49,143 bases of DNA. Origin: Octopus bimaculoides (Eukaryota). The notes beneath the pieces are model-generated. The model saw nothing but the letters and a program-made list of their open reading frames with translations, was not told the origin of the DNA and did not search any database. The translations under genes were made by a program, and so were the position numbers. Positions 1-12,879 of this stretch are shown piece after piece; positions within the stretch are counted from its first letter, which is position 1, and each line of letters opens with the position of its first letter. Where the stretch lies: assembly GCF_001194135.2 (NCBI RefSeq), contig NC_068983.1, forward strand, positions 116,092,478-116,141,620, given 5' to 3'.

Positions 1-221
1 GCCATAGACGATTAATTAATTAATTAGTGTATTTAATTGTTAAGGGCGAAACTTAAAAGTACGGGAATGACTAATCTTTTTTAAATTCTCTCAAATTGTC
101 CTGCCCGCCTACATTCAACGTGCTAAAATAAGAATAGCTTTTCCGTGGTTTGGAATCTAACTCCCATTTCTAGCGTGTTGGGAAAACCACTTAGTGGCTT
201 TCCCTTCGTGTATAATTTTAT

Positions 222-254
222 ACATACATACATATATATGTATATATATATATA

Positions 255-308
<54 letters not shown>

Positions 309-310
309 TA
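222..310. repeat. (TA)n/(TG)n microsatellite
   Basis: Direct. Confidence 0.95.
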
Positions 311-1008
311 AATGTACCATAAATATTCATATATACTCAATATCCATATTAGTGTACTATTTATACATATAAATGCACTATTAATGCATCATGTACGCAC
401 ACAAACACACACACAGTATAACGGAAAACAGAACTGTTCTCAGAAAGCAGTTGTTGGATAATCCAAACTAAAAGGAAACTACGTTATTAGTGAAGTGTTT
501 TTTAAATTCATATGGAAGTAATTAACAAAGAAATAAGAACTAGTAATCGCTCTCTGCTACTATTGCCCGACCTTATTTCTAGCCAATTACGAACAAGACG
601 GTGACAGAAAGAAGCATAAAAAAAAAAAAAATTTTTTCAACTCGAATACAAAATACGTCATTTGCAAGAGGGACTGCTGTTGTTATTGTGATTTATATGT
701 TTATTTATCTTTTGAGATAGGGTGAAGGCGGTTCTCTGCTTTGAAAGAAACTAGAGTTTTGTAACTGCTCTTTTTTCTTGTCACCCATCCCCGGCCTACT
801 AGTTTACAAATTTCATACATGTTGGACAGCGTTCCAATAGGAACATGAAATTTAGAAGATTGCTGCTGCACAGATGTTCCAGATTTTTCGAATATTTCTG
901 GACCACCGGGCATCGGTCGGGGTACAAGTACCAAGGGAACGTACTTCCTTTACCCTAGTTAATTTTGAATACACATATATACACATGCGCATTATGTATT
1001 ATGTATGT

Positions 1009-1009
<1 letters not shown>

Positions 1010-1065
<56 letters not shown>

Positions 1066-1070
1066 CAGAC

Positions 1071-1115
<45 letters not shown>
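1010..1115. repeat. (GATA)n microsatellite, about 26 units
   Basis: Direct; two GACA variants. Confidence 0.97.
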
Positions 1116-1116
<1 letters not shown>

Positions 1117-1891
1117 ACACACATATTTGTATATATATATACAAAGCAAGTTTTTTACAATTCCTTCTCTCAATATTAATTTTTACACACATACACATAC
1201 ACACACACACACGTACACAAATTTATGTCAGGCAGACAGTAAATCATATTTTCAAATGTTCAAATGTTTATATTTTCATTAAATTAACTTTTCCTTCTCA
1301 GTTCAAAATTTTATTTCTCTATTTCGTGCTTTTTCTTCCTCTTCTACTATTTGCTTTTATTTTGTCTTTTTTTTTATACATCCTGATACATATCATCATA
1401 TGATTCATTTTCAAGAAGTGAATGAGCCAAGTCAAAATCNNNNNNNNNNNNNNNNNNNNNNNNNNNNNNNNNNNNNNNNNNNNNNNNNNNNNNNNNNNNN
1501 NNNNNNNNNNNNNNNNNNNNNNNNNNNNNNNNNNNNNNNNNNNNNNNNNNNNNNNNNNNNNNNNNNNNNNNNNNNNNNNNNNNNNNNNNNNNNNNNNNNN
1601 NNNNNNNNNNNNNNNNNNNNNNNNNNNNNNNNNNNNNNNNNNNNNNNNNNNNNNNNNNNNNNNNNNNNNNNNNNNNNNNNNNNNNNNNNNNNNNNNNNNN
1701 NNNNNNNNNNNNNNNNNNNNNNNNNNNNNNNNNNNNNNNNNNNNNNNNNNNNNNNNNNNNNNNNNNNNNNNNNNNNNNNNNNNNNNNNNNNNNNNNNNNN
1801 NNNNNNNNNNNNNNNNNNNNNNNNNNNNNNNNNNNNNNNNNNNNNNNNNNNNNNNNNNNNNNNNNNNNNNNNNNNNNNNNNNNNNNNNNNN

Positions 1892-2096
1892 CGATCCAAA
1901 CCCTATCCCTAACCCTAACCCTAACCCTGTCCCTAACCCTAACCCTATCCCTAACCCTATCCCTAACCCGCGTGTGCAAATGAATACGTGTTTAGGGTTA
2001 GGGTTAGGGTTAGGAATAGGGTTACGGTTAGGATCGACCACTCACGACTAGCTAGCGCGACTGCGCGTTCGGGTCCGCGCTGCTTTAGTAGTACCC
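1892..2096. repeat. Palindrome of telomere-type hexamers: (CCCTAA-like)x~12, 22-bp core, (TTAGGG-like)x~7, then a GC-rich end GTACCC
   Basis: Read directly; the arms are bounded by CGATCC...GGATCG and share the CCCTAT/ATAGGG variant. Confidence 0.8.
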
Positions 2097-2104
2097 ATTA
2101 TATA

Positions 2105-2330
2105 CAGGGTGCATTGGCTAAATTGTCGCCATTTTATATTTTTAATTTCGCGCATGATTTGTTTTTGATTTTGTCAACTACACAATACCGTAGGGTCAGT
2201 TGGGCACCATCTGTGAGAAAAACAACACCATGACGCAATTCACTCTGCCAGAAATTTGGAAACGACCGGAAGCTCCAATACGAACATCTCAGAGTGTTTG
2301 GATGGCAATCTGAGGACATGTACTGAGTGT
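2105..2330 (+). mobile_element. Tc1/mariner 5' fragment
   Basis: TA|CAGGGTG terminus followed by the degenerate ORF start MTQFTLPEIWKR. Confidence 0.55.
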
Positions 2331-4419
2331 GATAAAAATCAAACATAGGAAAAGAAGACCTGTTTCTCTAGAAGAGCATTCTTTGGAAAACATCTGCAGG
2401 ATACCAATAAAACTTCAAACTGTCGGTCACTACTTGTTCCTTGGAGGTACCATCAAAGGAAGGAAAGAAAGAACAAAGGAAATTTTGAAAGAAGTAACTT
2501 TTTTATGGCAAAATAAATTAAATTTCTCATATTTATGAATTCAAAATGTACAAGCAAAAGTAGAAAAAGCGCTGAATACCTACGATAAATGAGTAAGACG
2601 AGGAAAATACGATTCATTGAAAGGAACTTTTGATATCACAAAGGAAAACGGTGAATGGCTGTACAGTGAAGAGAGAAGGTTATATTATCTTCAAATTGAA
2701 AGCAAGGGGCAGGTTGTGTATGCAAATGGAAAGGGAGCCAGTTCCAAAACTATCCATCTATCCAAAAGAAAAAAAGTGTTCCTAATGTCAACTTCAACCA
2801 GAGCAACTCCAGTGTCATTGTCAACATCTGAAACAAAGACTAAATGTGAATATCAAGAGTCCTAAAAATCAGATGAAGAATCCACACAAACAAGGAGGAA
2901 GTATAGCAAAACTGGAACTGCAACCAAGTTAGTAATATCTTCCAAGCTATCAACCCCAAAAAGCAGCAAGTTTGTCAACAATTATCTCAAGATGAAATCA
3001 ATGTCGAGACTCCTTCCCAATCTGATATTTACAGATTGACTATCAAAGAAGCTGTTAAACTACAAAAGGAAACGATGAAAACATTACATTTGGAAAACTG
3101 GTCATTGCATTTTGATGGTAAACGTATTGATGACCAAGAATACCAAGTGCTAGTTTTAAAGAATGAACAGAGAGAAGTTAAGTCAGAAGCACTCCAATTA
3201 CCAAATGGAAAAGCTGATACTGTTGTGAAAGGAATAACAGCTGTTTTAGATGAATACAATTTATGGAACTATGTAAAGATGATTGTTGCTGATACAACGA
3301 GTGTGAACACTAGGAAAAGAAATGGCATTGTCATTCAGTTGCAAAGACTTTTTGCTCAAAAGGGTATGAAAGAACCGCAATTTATTGGTTGTCAGTATCA
3401 TATCCTTGATAGAGTTCTCCATGTTGTAATGGATAACAAACTTGGATACATTCGTCCCAGAGCTTCTAAGTAATTACAAGAAACTCCAGGCTAATTTCAA
3501 CAAGGGTGAAGAAAAGATTACTGAATCAACAGGATGGCAAGATGACATGAAACTTCTATTTCATTTGACCAGAGATTTTCATTTTGTTGAAGAAACTGGC
3601 AAATTTCCTACTGTAAAGTTTCAAAAAATACCCAACTTAAGTAACACAAGATGGAATTCTTGAGCAATACTAGCTCTTTTGGCATTTATTCTTCTACCAG
3701 AGAAAAGAGTTTTACTTCTCAATGTTTGTCAATTCATCTCTCAGCTGGGCAGATTTTTGGTTTACTGACCAAATGTCCAATGCATATGATTATCAGAAGT
3801 TATGTGGTAGCCTGCAAGTTCATAAAAAACATTGAACTCTACAAAAAACTTTTGGAGTCAAGAACCATCAAAACTGAAAATACCCAGAACAAATCATTGT
3901 CCAGAACAGATGATCAAATGCTTTCAAGATCTTTATGATGTTCATAAAAAATGGGAGAAATTTCAGCTTTGATTTATTTTATCTAACAAAACATATTAAT
4001 TCTTTGTTATGTTTAAAAATTTGCTAACATTCAGCACCCTTTTTCTTATACAGTGATTTAAAAGTGGAATTAAACCTATAAAGTTAAAAATATGTATTGC
4101 TTTTAATTTTATATGTTATCAAATGTTTGTAGTGGTCTCTGTTTTAAAATAGCCTAGTTTTGAACCTTTGCATAGAGCAATTTCAATTCAGTAATCTTAA
4201 AAATACACTTTTATTCCACATCTCTCTTGCGTTTACAAAGATTTAGGCAGCAGAAAATACTAAAGAGTGAATCTAGTGCCATCTAGTGATTATAATTTAA
4301 AAAGACTCTGAAACTACTTCAACTAGAAAGCTGAAGTTTCAGATATACTATTTCTGCATTGCATTGAATCAGCACACCAAGTTTGGTAAAAACTTGAGCA
4401 GTCATTATGGACCCCACTA
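2330..4419 (+). mobile_element. Degenerate hAT-superfamily DNA transposon (hATm-like transposase pseudogene)
   Basis: Broken ORFs carry LHFDGK, ADTTSVNT, GCQYH (CxxH) and PNLSNTRWNS (hAT TRW motif); right end GGACCCCACTA reads TAGTGGGG inward; the left boundary is approximate. Confidence 0.72.
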
Positions 4420-6240
4420 GAATTTTGCATGATTTGGGTTAAAACTGTGTTAGATTTCTTAAGTTGGGGGTGACGTTTTTTGCTAATAAAGCAAAATAAA
4501 TTTTAGTTTGCTGACTTTTTATGAAATTATTCATCAAATTACAGTATAGAGTTATTAGGTTGTGAAAAAGTCATAGCCTTAATGTATATATGTATGTATA
4601 GTGTTACAAAAATTCTGAGAAATAATTAAATTATGGTTCAAATCCCTCTAAAATACTAGTCAAAAACAAAACTCAATTTAATATTTTTATAAAGGAACCT
4701 TGAAATGAATGAAATCCTAATAGAAGACTATGAAGATTACGACATAAAATGAAACAGGTATGTTAATCATATTTGAAATTTACTTTAAAGATTTTACTTC
4801 CATTATAACTTTTACTAACGCAGACTGCAATTTTTGTAACTCTACTAAGGTCAGGCCAATGAGGGAGCCTCGACACAGTTGCTCGGCAGGCTAGAAATAG
4901 CAACTGAATCTCCCTTAAGTCGCACCGTATAGTTAGAAAGGGATACGTTGAATTAATGGGTTCTCTGCATATGGAAAACAGATGGAATGGTCATGGCTGG
5001 AATACCTTTACTCCACTAGCTTAGCTAAAAGCAGACATTTTTTAAATTTTATGTATTTATTTATTTATTGCTACCACCATTTGTAATATGCGTAATGTGC
5101 TTTTCGTGGGTGGGGGTGTGAACTCAAGGACCACCTCAGGCAACACAAACTTTTCCTCCACCATTGCTTTGATGATAAATCTACTCGATAAGGGTTAGCC
5201 CAGTGGTTAAACAGCAACAAAAATATAATAGTGTAATATATCTTAATTTCTTGATTACTTTATTTGAATCACCGCTAAAACTTCAAGAAGTTAATTTCTT
5301 ATCGAATCATTGCTTCAAGTTTAGCATAGATTAGCGTTCTATATTTGACACTCTGACGTGATTAGGCAATGTTAGCGGCACCTCAGGGGACTTAAATGGA
5401 AGTGCACTGATTTAAACAAATGACTCAGTATAAAGTGTTTGTAATAAATGGGCTGGGGAATAAAGTAAAATAAACACAGAATTTTTGGCAGTTGTTCAGA
5501 GACGTTATGGGTCTGCCTAAACTTTGAAAGTTCATGAAGTTGATGTGCATTTCAATTTTCTGTAAAAAAGAGACAAATCTCCACTTAGATATGACACAAT
5601 TTGGATCTAGTTAACTTTCCCATAATTTCTTATATCTAGTAACAAAAACTTGATAAGCTGGGGTATGGGCGATCTTTATACATATAAGATGGCAAAAAAG
5701 ATAAACGAATGATCGTTAATAGTCAACATTAATCAGCAATAATTATACTAGCCCACATCATTATTATATTTCAGTTAACTAATTAAAACATAATATAAAA
5801 TAAGTCACTTGCATTTTACTAACTTACTAAATAAAAATATAATTTAAAATACATCATATACATTTACTAACGGCTATTTGTTTACCTTATGCTGTTTCAG
5901 TTTTGTTTCATTAAGTCTGCCATTTTATATGTACAAAGTTTGAAAGGCCACAATGCTTTTGTAACAGTTCATGCCCAGAGACATAAAAAGCACCTACATG
6001 AAGTGATTCAACAATGGAGCCTCTACATGGTCACTTGACTCACAGCCAAATTTATTTCAAATTCTACTCTTCTAACAGAAAACAAATGGAATGGACATGT
6101 TTGAAAATGTAGTTTGTGATAAACTATGTTGAAAAAGACGGGATGGTCACACCTGCAAACCATTGACTAAATGTCTGGTGTAAACAAATAAAATGAGTGA
6201 AGTAAAATAATTTCAAAGTTTAAAAAAAAAAGACAATCAA

Positions 6241-6550
6241 GGGCACTGGCATAGTTGTGTGGTGAGAAGCTTGCTTCCCAACCACATTTTCTGGGTTCAG
6301 TCCCATTATGTGGAGCCATGGGTAAGTGTCTTCTACTATAGCTTCAAGCCAAACAAAGCCTTGTGAATGGATTTGGTAGATGGAAACTGAAAGAAGCCCA
6401 TCATGTGTGTGTGTGTGCCCCATCACCACTTGACAACTAGTGTTGGTGTGTTTACATCCCCGTAACTTATTGGTTCAGCAAAAGAGACTGATAGAATAAG
6501 TACCAAGCTTCCAAAAACATTAGTACTGGGGTCGATTCATTCAACTAAAC
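6241..6550 (+). mobile_element. tRNA-derived CORE-like SINE (octopus OR-like family)
   Basis: Head with B-box GGTTCAGTCCC, the same body as the 13204 copy, and an internal (GT)n. Confidence 0.8.
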
Positions 6551-7171
6551 CCTGTTTTCTTTTTGTCTTGTTTTTTTATATACTGTCATGGGTTAGGTTG
6601 AATTAGTCAGCAGCATAGCTTATCATTATTTCTTATCTCAAATTCCCTTGATCCTGTGTCTAGATTTCCCATCATCCTAAGATCAGATCTCTCATCACCA
6701 CTGTTTCCAATAACTAACTCATCTCATCTATTGACAGGCATGTGAAGACAGTGACTAAAGTCCCTTCATATGAACCAAACCAATAGAAAAAAAACATAAA
6801 ACAGCTTAACATTTGTTTTCAAGCAGGAAGACCACGTTTTTAGAAAAATTTCTCATGACAGTTTTACTTGAATAAGCAATTAATTAAAAGGTGAGCTATA
6901 CCATTTAAAAGAAAATTAAACTTATTTCTCCAACTCATTAGCAAATAATTATGGAATATTCTAATGAGTGAAATGGAGTTATGAGGAGCCTCCTAACCCC
7001 ATCACCCTTATTAAAGGTTGTCTATCTTGTCATCTCTGTCTACCTTTCTCTCCTCACTCCCTTTCTCCTATTCTCTCTCTCTCCCTTTCTCTCTTTCTTG
7101 AAGTAATTGGCACCCAAGTTATATAGCATTAGTAAGTTAAAAGTCATACATTAGTAAGTTAAAAGAATTAA

Positions 7172-7896
7172 TGTGAAATCTGTTTTAATCAACATACAAG
7201 ATGACAGTTTTCCTATTGTGTGTTTTGGCATCTTCAGTTAATCTTCCAAGAGTCAGAATGTGCATTGCTGAGGATCTACTATGTTGGAATCCATTCTGAT
7301 TTTGTTGTAGATGTTTATCAATGCTTGGCTATTAAGGATCCTTTTGTTGATGAGTTTGGCTACTATTGAAGATAATGCAATGTCTCAATAGTTCTTGGTA
7401 TAGCTGAGATCTGATTTGGGAATAGGGAGCAGGTCAAACTCTGATAATTACTTTGGCTTCAAGTTCTCATTCAACAATTTGTTTGCAAAGTATAGTATGA
7501 TTTCATCTTTTCAAAACTTTGGGTGCAACAAATAGATGGCTGCTACACAAGAATGTTAACAACGGCTTTGAATGTTGCATGGAGAGCTCATTTAACTAAC
7601 AATCAGCTTTATCAAGATCTAACCAAAGTGATCGAGAAGATTCAGCAGAGAAGAATGGGAATCGCTGGTCATTGTGTCAAGCGCCCTGAAGAAACTGTGT
7701 CAATTGGTCTTATGACAGTCAGTTGAAGGGAAAATTAACCCCCTGAAGGAAACGTCTAACCTATGTGGTCAACTTGCTTCAGGACAGTGGAATGACAAAT
7801 GTTGATGAATTAAGAACATGCATGGGAGACCATGATGGATGGCATGCTTGAGTGAAACCACTGAAGCACCCAGAAGGATGGCCAAACTAAACTAAA
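7172..7896. mobile_element. RTE-clade LINE remnant: RT segment on - (7172-7505), 3' end on + (7520-7896)
   Basis: - strand: PIPKSDLS..ALSSIVAKLINKRILN..QNGF..ILYVD. + strand: IDGCYTRML..RRMGIAGHCVKRPEE, with a (CTAAA)n tail. Confidence 0.8.
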
Positions 7897-8325
7897 AACT
7901 GTTTCAATGAATGACTTTTATGTTCAAACATTAGACGTTGATATAAAAAATATAACTCAACTCATTTATTATATCTTAATAACAGTAGACTTAGTGGTAA
8001 TAAAGAGGGGGTGGCATCAGAAACAGAAAAGCCACGGGATCAGGTGAAATATATTAAGTTATGTTCCTTTATGTTGAGTTCAACTCTTATAAAGGCTGAG
8101 GTTGACCTGTTTCATATTTATCTGGAGTCAATAAAATAGTTACTACTCAGGTACTAGGAGTAAAGCTCAGTTTAATCAACTTTATGCCTTCCTTTTTGAC
8201 TTCCTTTTTGCAACAAAAGGAAGTGGAATAACAGACACAATGGAATGTTGTACAAAATGAGTTGTTAGCATTTAGCCATGTGTCTATACATTTTCTCAGA
8301 AAATCCACATAATATATATGATATA

Positions 8326-8570
8326 CAGGGTGGGCCAAAAGTAGGTAAACACTTTTAAAATTGACTTATTTGTTTTTTACAGGTACCGTGAATAATGTGT
8401 TGTGTGTAATGGTGTTCTGGGACATTTGAGGAATGTTCCCATGTTGAAGGAGGACATTTCGACCATTTACGAGGTTAAACTGTGTTTCATAAATGAAATT
8501 GTAATAAATGAGTGTAAAAGTAATAAAATGAAAGAATTTCAATGCGTATAGCTACTTTTGGCTCACCCTG
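8326..8570. mobile_element. Tc1/mariner-type MITE, 245 bp
   Basis: TIRs CAGGGTGGGCCAAAAGTAGGTA / CAGGGTGAGCCAAAAGTAGCTA (20/22 match), TA on both flanks. Confidence 0.88.
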
Positions 8571-8574
8571 TATA

Positions 8575-10095
8575 TAAATGACAGTGAGCATATTCAGCTA
8601 ACCTCAGTCTCCTCCATGTTATTTTCAAGCTAACTATTGAGAGGTTCTCATACAGCTCTAAGTTTTCCATCCTCAGTGTATACCGATTAATGTTCAGAGC
8701 CATCCTCAGCATTCTCATGTAGCACCCATTCACCATCTGAGTGAGTTTCTTGGTCAATGTCCAAGTCTCAGACCTGTACAACAGCACAGATTCCACTGCA
8801 GCAATGAAGAGACAGATCTTCAGGTCTTTACAAAGGTTCGACTTCCATACAGATCTCAAAATGTGGCATGCCGCCCCGGCTTTGCTCTTCCTCTCAACTA
8901 TATCACCTTCTGTATTCCCAATCTTTGCACCCAGATACAGGAAGTCCTCAACCAACTCTAGTGGCTTCCCGCCTACATTCATAATCTCCTCTGGCTTCTT
9001 AATGTTCTCTACCAGATACTTCGTCTTAATTTCATTCATTTTCAGCCTCCACACTCATCAACACAGCCTCCACCTCCTGTATCAACTCCTCTGCCTCCCT
9101 CACTATGTTTGTCATCAGAACTATGTCATCAGCAAATTCAGCATCTAATATCTTTTTAGCCTTGACCCTCCTGTTCTGAACCAACACTACAGTAAAGCCA
9201 GAGTCCTAGTGTTTCTCCAATGCAAGATGCATACAATAGTCCACCATGATGATAAAAAGGTAGGGAGCTAATGTATCTCCCTGAAGCACTCTAGCCAGTA
9301 TCTCAAAGAACTCCGTCATCCCATCAGATGTAATGATTTGGGCTCTGGTGTTGGTGTAGAGCAGTGATATCAGGTCCACTATCTTGGAGATTCCATAAGC
9401 ATGTAAGATCTTCGTCAGGTAGTGACAGTCAACAGAATCAAAGGACTTCTTAAAGTCAATGAGAAGCATATCAGCAGGGAGACTCTTTGCTCTAGCTCCC
9501 TCTAATATCCTCCTCAGCATTAGGATGTGACTGGTGGTTGATCTTCCCTCTCTGAAGCCGTTCTGGTTATCCCTGAGCTTCTTCTCCATCTCGGGCTGGA
9601 TCCTGTTAAGATCCTTGACAGTGCAGTTAGGGCTCTAACCCTAGTGCTGCTAAGTACACTCTCCATGGTTTTTTTCAATGGCTGATAATACCTTACCAGC
9701 ACCACTCAAGTAATGTAATTATTTAACTCATAAATGGGGCCCTAACAGGGCCAGAGCAGACCTGAGAGTGATGACAACTAAGGAGTAACTCCACATTCTC
9801 CACAGCTCCTGAACTCCCAAACTGGAGCCTTGCCACTGGATGCAGTTTATTGTCCATACCCAGGACACCATCATTCAGAGTTGATACTGCACTCAGTACT
9901 CCTGTAGGAGCCCCTACATAGACACACTAGAAGAGGAAAACTGAGGATGACATATGTTGATGCCCTAAGGACAGACACTAGTCTTTGGGAGACACAGGAC
10001 ATGGCAGCAATGATGAGGGACAAAGACTGCTGGAGAGAACTCATCCATGGACCTCAGGAATTTTACCCACCCTAGATAGACAGATAGATAGATAG
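8575..10095. mobile_element. RTE-clade LINE: RT on - (9614-8575), non-coding leader on - (9869-9615), 3' end on + (9870-10095) with (GATA)n tail
   Basis: NQNGFREGRS, IDFKKSFDS, QGDTLAPYLF, FADD, YLGA, YRSETW, RRLRLA motifs on -; HSEL..VLL*EP..RRGK..TYVD on +. Confidence 0.9.
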
Positions 10096-12574
10096 ATATA
10101 TAAATGGTGACAACTGTAGACCAAGAAGTATGATATGAGGGAGGTGAGTTTGCAAAGTAATTTAGCCATTTTGATACCAACCCATCTGAGAACTCTTGGT
10201 TCTATATGAACTTTACTTTAATGTCATCTAAATTAAAATGTATCGAAAAGATTTTCTATTAATTTATGTTCCAAACCACAGCTTAATAATGATAGTTATT
10301 TCACATAATCCCTCATTATTTTCAAAATTAACTGAAACAAAAGAAATATGGTAATAAAAAGAAATAAGGTAATAAAAGAGTTAAATTCATAGAAAGAATT
10401 ACTGGGGAAATTTTATCCAAAGACACTTTCAGCATGAAAACAAATAAATGGAGGCTAATATACTTAATGTAGCGAGCCTCCGAAAATGTTTATTAACTAA
10501 AGTTACACCTGCCATGAGAAGTAAAATATCAGCAGCATCAATGATCAATTGTGGACAAAATAAAATCTCATTGAGAATGGGTCTGATCATTGACAATTGA
10601 CCATATTGATACCATTTCACCCTTCTTATGCATATCACTAATGCTTTTTGAGAAAAGCTTTAAAATGCTTGGAGATCTTTTGAAGTAGTTCATAATATTT
10701 ATTATCTAAACGATTTAATTAGCAGTAGAAGCGGGTGTTCTGGAAGCATGGCAGTGAAACATGGGCATTAAATGCAGAGAATATGTGAAGGCAAGAATGA
10801 AATGCTGGATGTTTGTTGTATGCATGAATAACAATGGTCAAATGAACTGAAAGTAAAACTAAGCATAAGAGAAATTAGAAGCTTGCATTTTGCACCAAAA
10901 GCCTATATGAGAGTTTCTCTAAAGGTCTCTACCACAGTAAAGTTTGTTCTAATAGAATATCCATATTTAAATGTGGATAAATATTACTTCTCAGTATTAA
11001 TACTGCCTCTGTAGCTAATATATAATAAGAGAAATTAGATGTAAGGTACAGGAGAGATTTCATGTATAAGCATGAAACACAATGGACACCCAGTGCTTCA
11101 TTACATTGAAATGCAATGAATACAGAGGAGAAATTTACTTCCATATTTTTTACCAATGTCCAAAAGTAGTTGAATGAATTGGCTACAGGACAACTAACCA
11201 TAGTGCATCCTATTATCAGCAAAGCATTGTGTACATGACTAAGACAGCTTTCAGTCAACAAGTCTACCTAGATTACAGGTGGGGAACATTTTTATATTTT
11301 GAGAAACTAGCATGCGTCAATGAATGCATAATGTTAGCATGCATGAACAATGGAGCAAATGAGGTGAAATATGGTCATTGGATACAGATGTGTGGAAGCT
11401 GGAGGGGAATTGCCATTTGACAAGACTGCATTTCAAAATATCTTTATTTTCATAAGCCTAAAAAACATTAAGTCATTCTCATTAAGCCTAGGAAACATTA
11501 TCATAATCATTTTATAAAGTATAATTATTTTAAAACACTAACAAAATTTAAAACAATTCTGTTTTAGACTCCTACTGTAACTTTTTTACTGAAAATTCTT
11601 TCATTGAGTATCATCACATGATATCATCAACTCAGCAAGGCGAAGTAACAAAGCACTTCGTTAATTTTACAGTACTACACTACTTACAGTTGTAAAGGAC
11701 AATAGCTTGTGATAGCTACTGACAGTGCAAAGCTCAGTCAATGAGTTACATAGTATTGGCTTTGGAAAACATAGTAGCAATAGCATATACTGATCTACTG
11801 ACGTCTTAACTGATTGTCTTTTTCCCTATCCATCCCAGCCATTTGCATCCTTAAGTCACTTCAATTTCTTTTGAACTTAATTAATGATTTTACAACATAG
11901 TCATAGTTACTCTTCACATCTTACGTACCAGCTTTACTTTACTTGATTTATCTGACACATTATTTTACCAACTACTTTCATAGCAGAGAGAAAAAAACAA
12001 AACAAAGAACAAGAGGTAGACAGACGAAGAGGCAAAGAGTAAGAAATGACTTAATGTTTTCTATTATTCTCTCAAGGTTGATGACAGTCAAAACATAAAG
12101 TAACTCGGCTAAAAAAAAAAAAAGAAAAGACATGAAATGCATTGGACTAGTACTGAGAGATTGAAGTTGTTTTGAATTTTATCTGATCTATTGCTCACCT
12201 GTTAGAAAGAGCAGTAAGTCGGGTGGTTAACTTTGATTTTTTTATGTTTCTTAAAATTACAATATTTTGCAGGCAATCACTGCCATCACCATCATCTACA
12301 TCAGAGATTCTCAACACTTTACTATTATGAAACATTTTGGGAAATCTTTAATCCTTCACACTCACTATTCTAAAATTTGAATTAAAAAACAGAAAATGTG
12401 ATGCATGTAATATTTGAGGATGTATTCCCCAGTGTTTGCCAGCAATAAATGCTTAAATGTTGTGGTGTAGGTCTTGTGCTTATGGCTTTGGAGCACCATC
12501 TTGCAGTGTTTTAGTTGAAAGAATTGAACTGAGTACTTACTTTTTACGTTAAACCTGGTACTTACTCTAGTGGC

Positions 12575-12818
12575 CTCTTTAGCCAAACAGCTAAGTTACA
12601 GGGTTGTAAACAAACTAACACTGGTTGTCATGCATTGGTGATGGGGGACAAATACACATACACATGATGGGCTTCTTTCAGTTTCCATCTGCCAGACTCA
12701 CTCACACTTTGGTTGGCCTGGGGCTATGGCAAAACACTCATCCAAGGTGTCACACAGTGGAACTGAACCCAGGACAATGTGGTTGGGAAGCAAACTTCTT
12801 ATGACAAAACTATGCCTT
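12575..12818 (-). mobile_element. CORE-like SINE
   Basis: Reverse complement of the 13204 family (caaggtgtcacacagtggaactgaaccc). Confidence 0.8.
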
Positions 12819-12879
12819 CCTATTCATGAAGAATTTACATTTTTATCAAATATGTCGAAAAAATGAACAGTCTTGCACA

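Noticed and set aside
123-1210. ORFs rich in IY, YLSI, CV or HT repeats (also 26228-26443, 39754-40161, 46500-47034)
   Set aside because: Translations of microsatellites.
1892-2036. Telomere-telomere fusion scar
   Set aside because: A fusion gives TTAGGG then CCCTAA; here the order is reversed and a core is present.
1319-2051. Long ORFs containing X runs (also at 16.4, 21.5, 35.2, 45.0 and 46.5 kb)
   Set aside because: Artefacts of N gaps. The PNPNPN/RVRVRD peptides are the telomere-type repeat.
4696-4757. Possible + strand exon (AAAG...ACAG|GTATGT)
   Set aside because: The longest frame stops before the donor and there are no partner exons.
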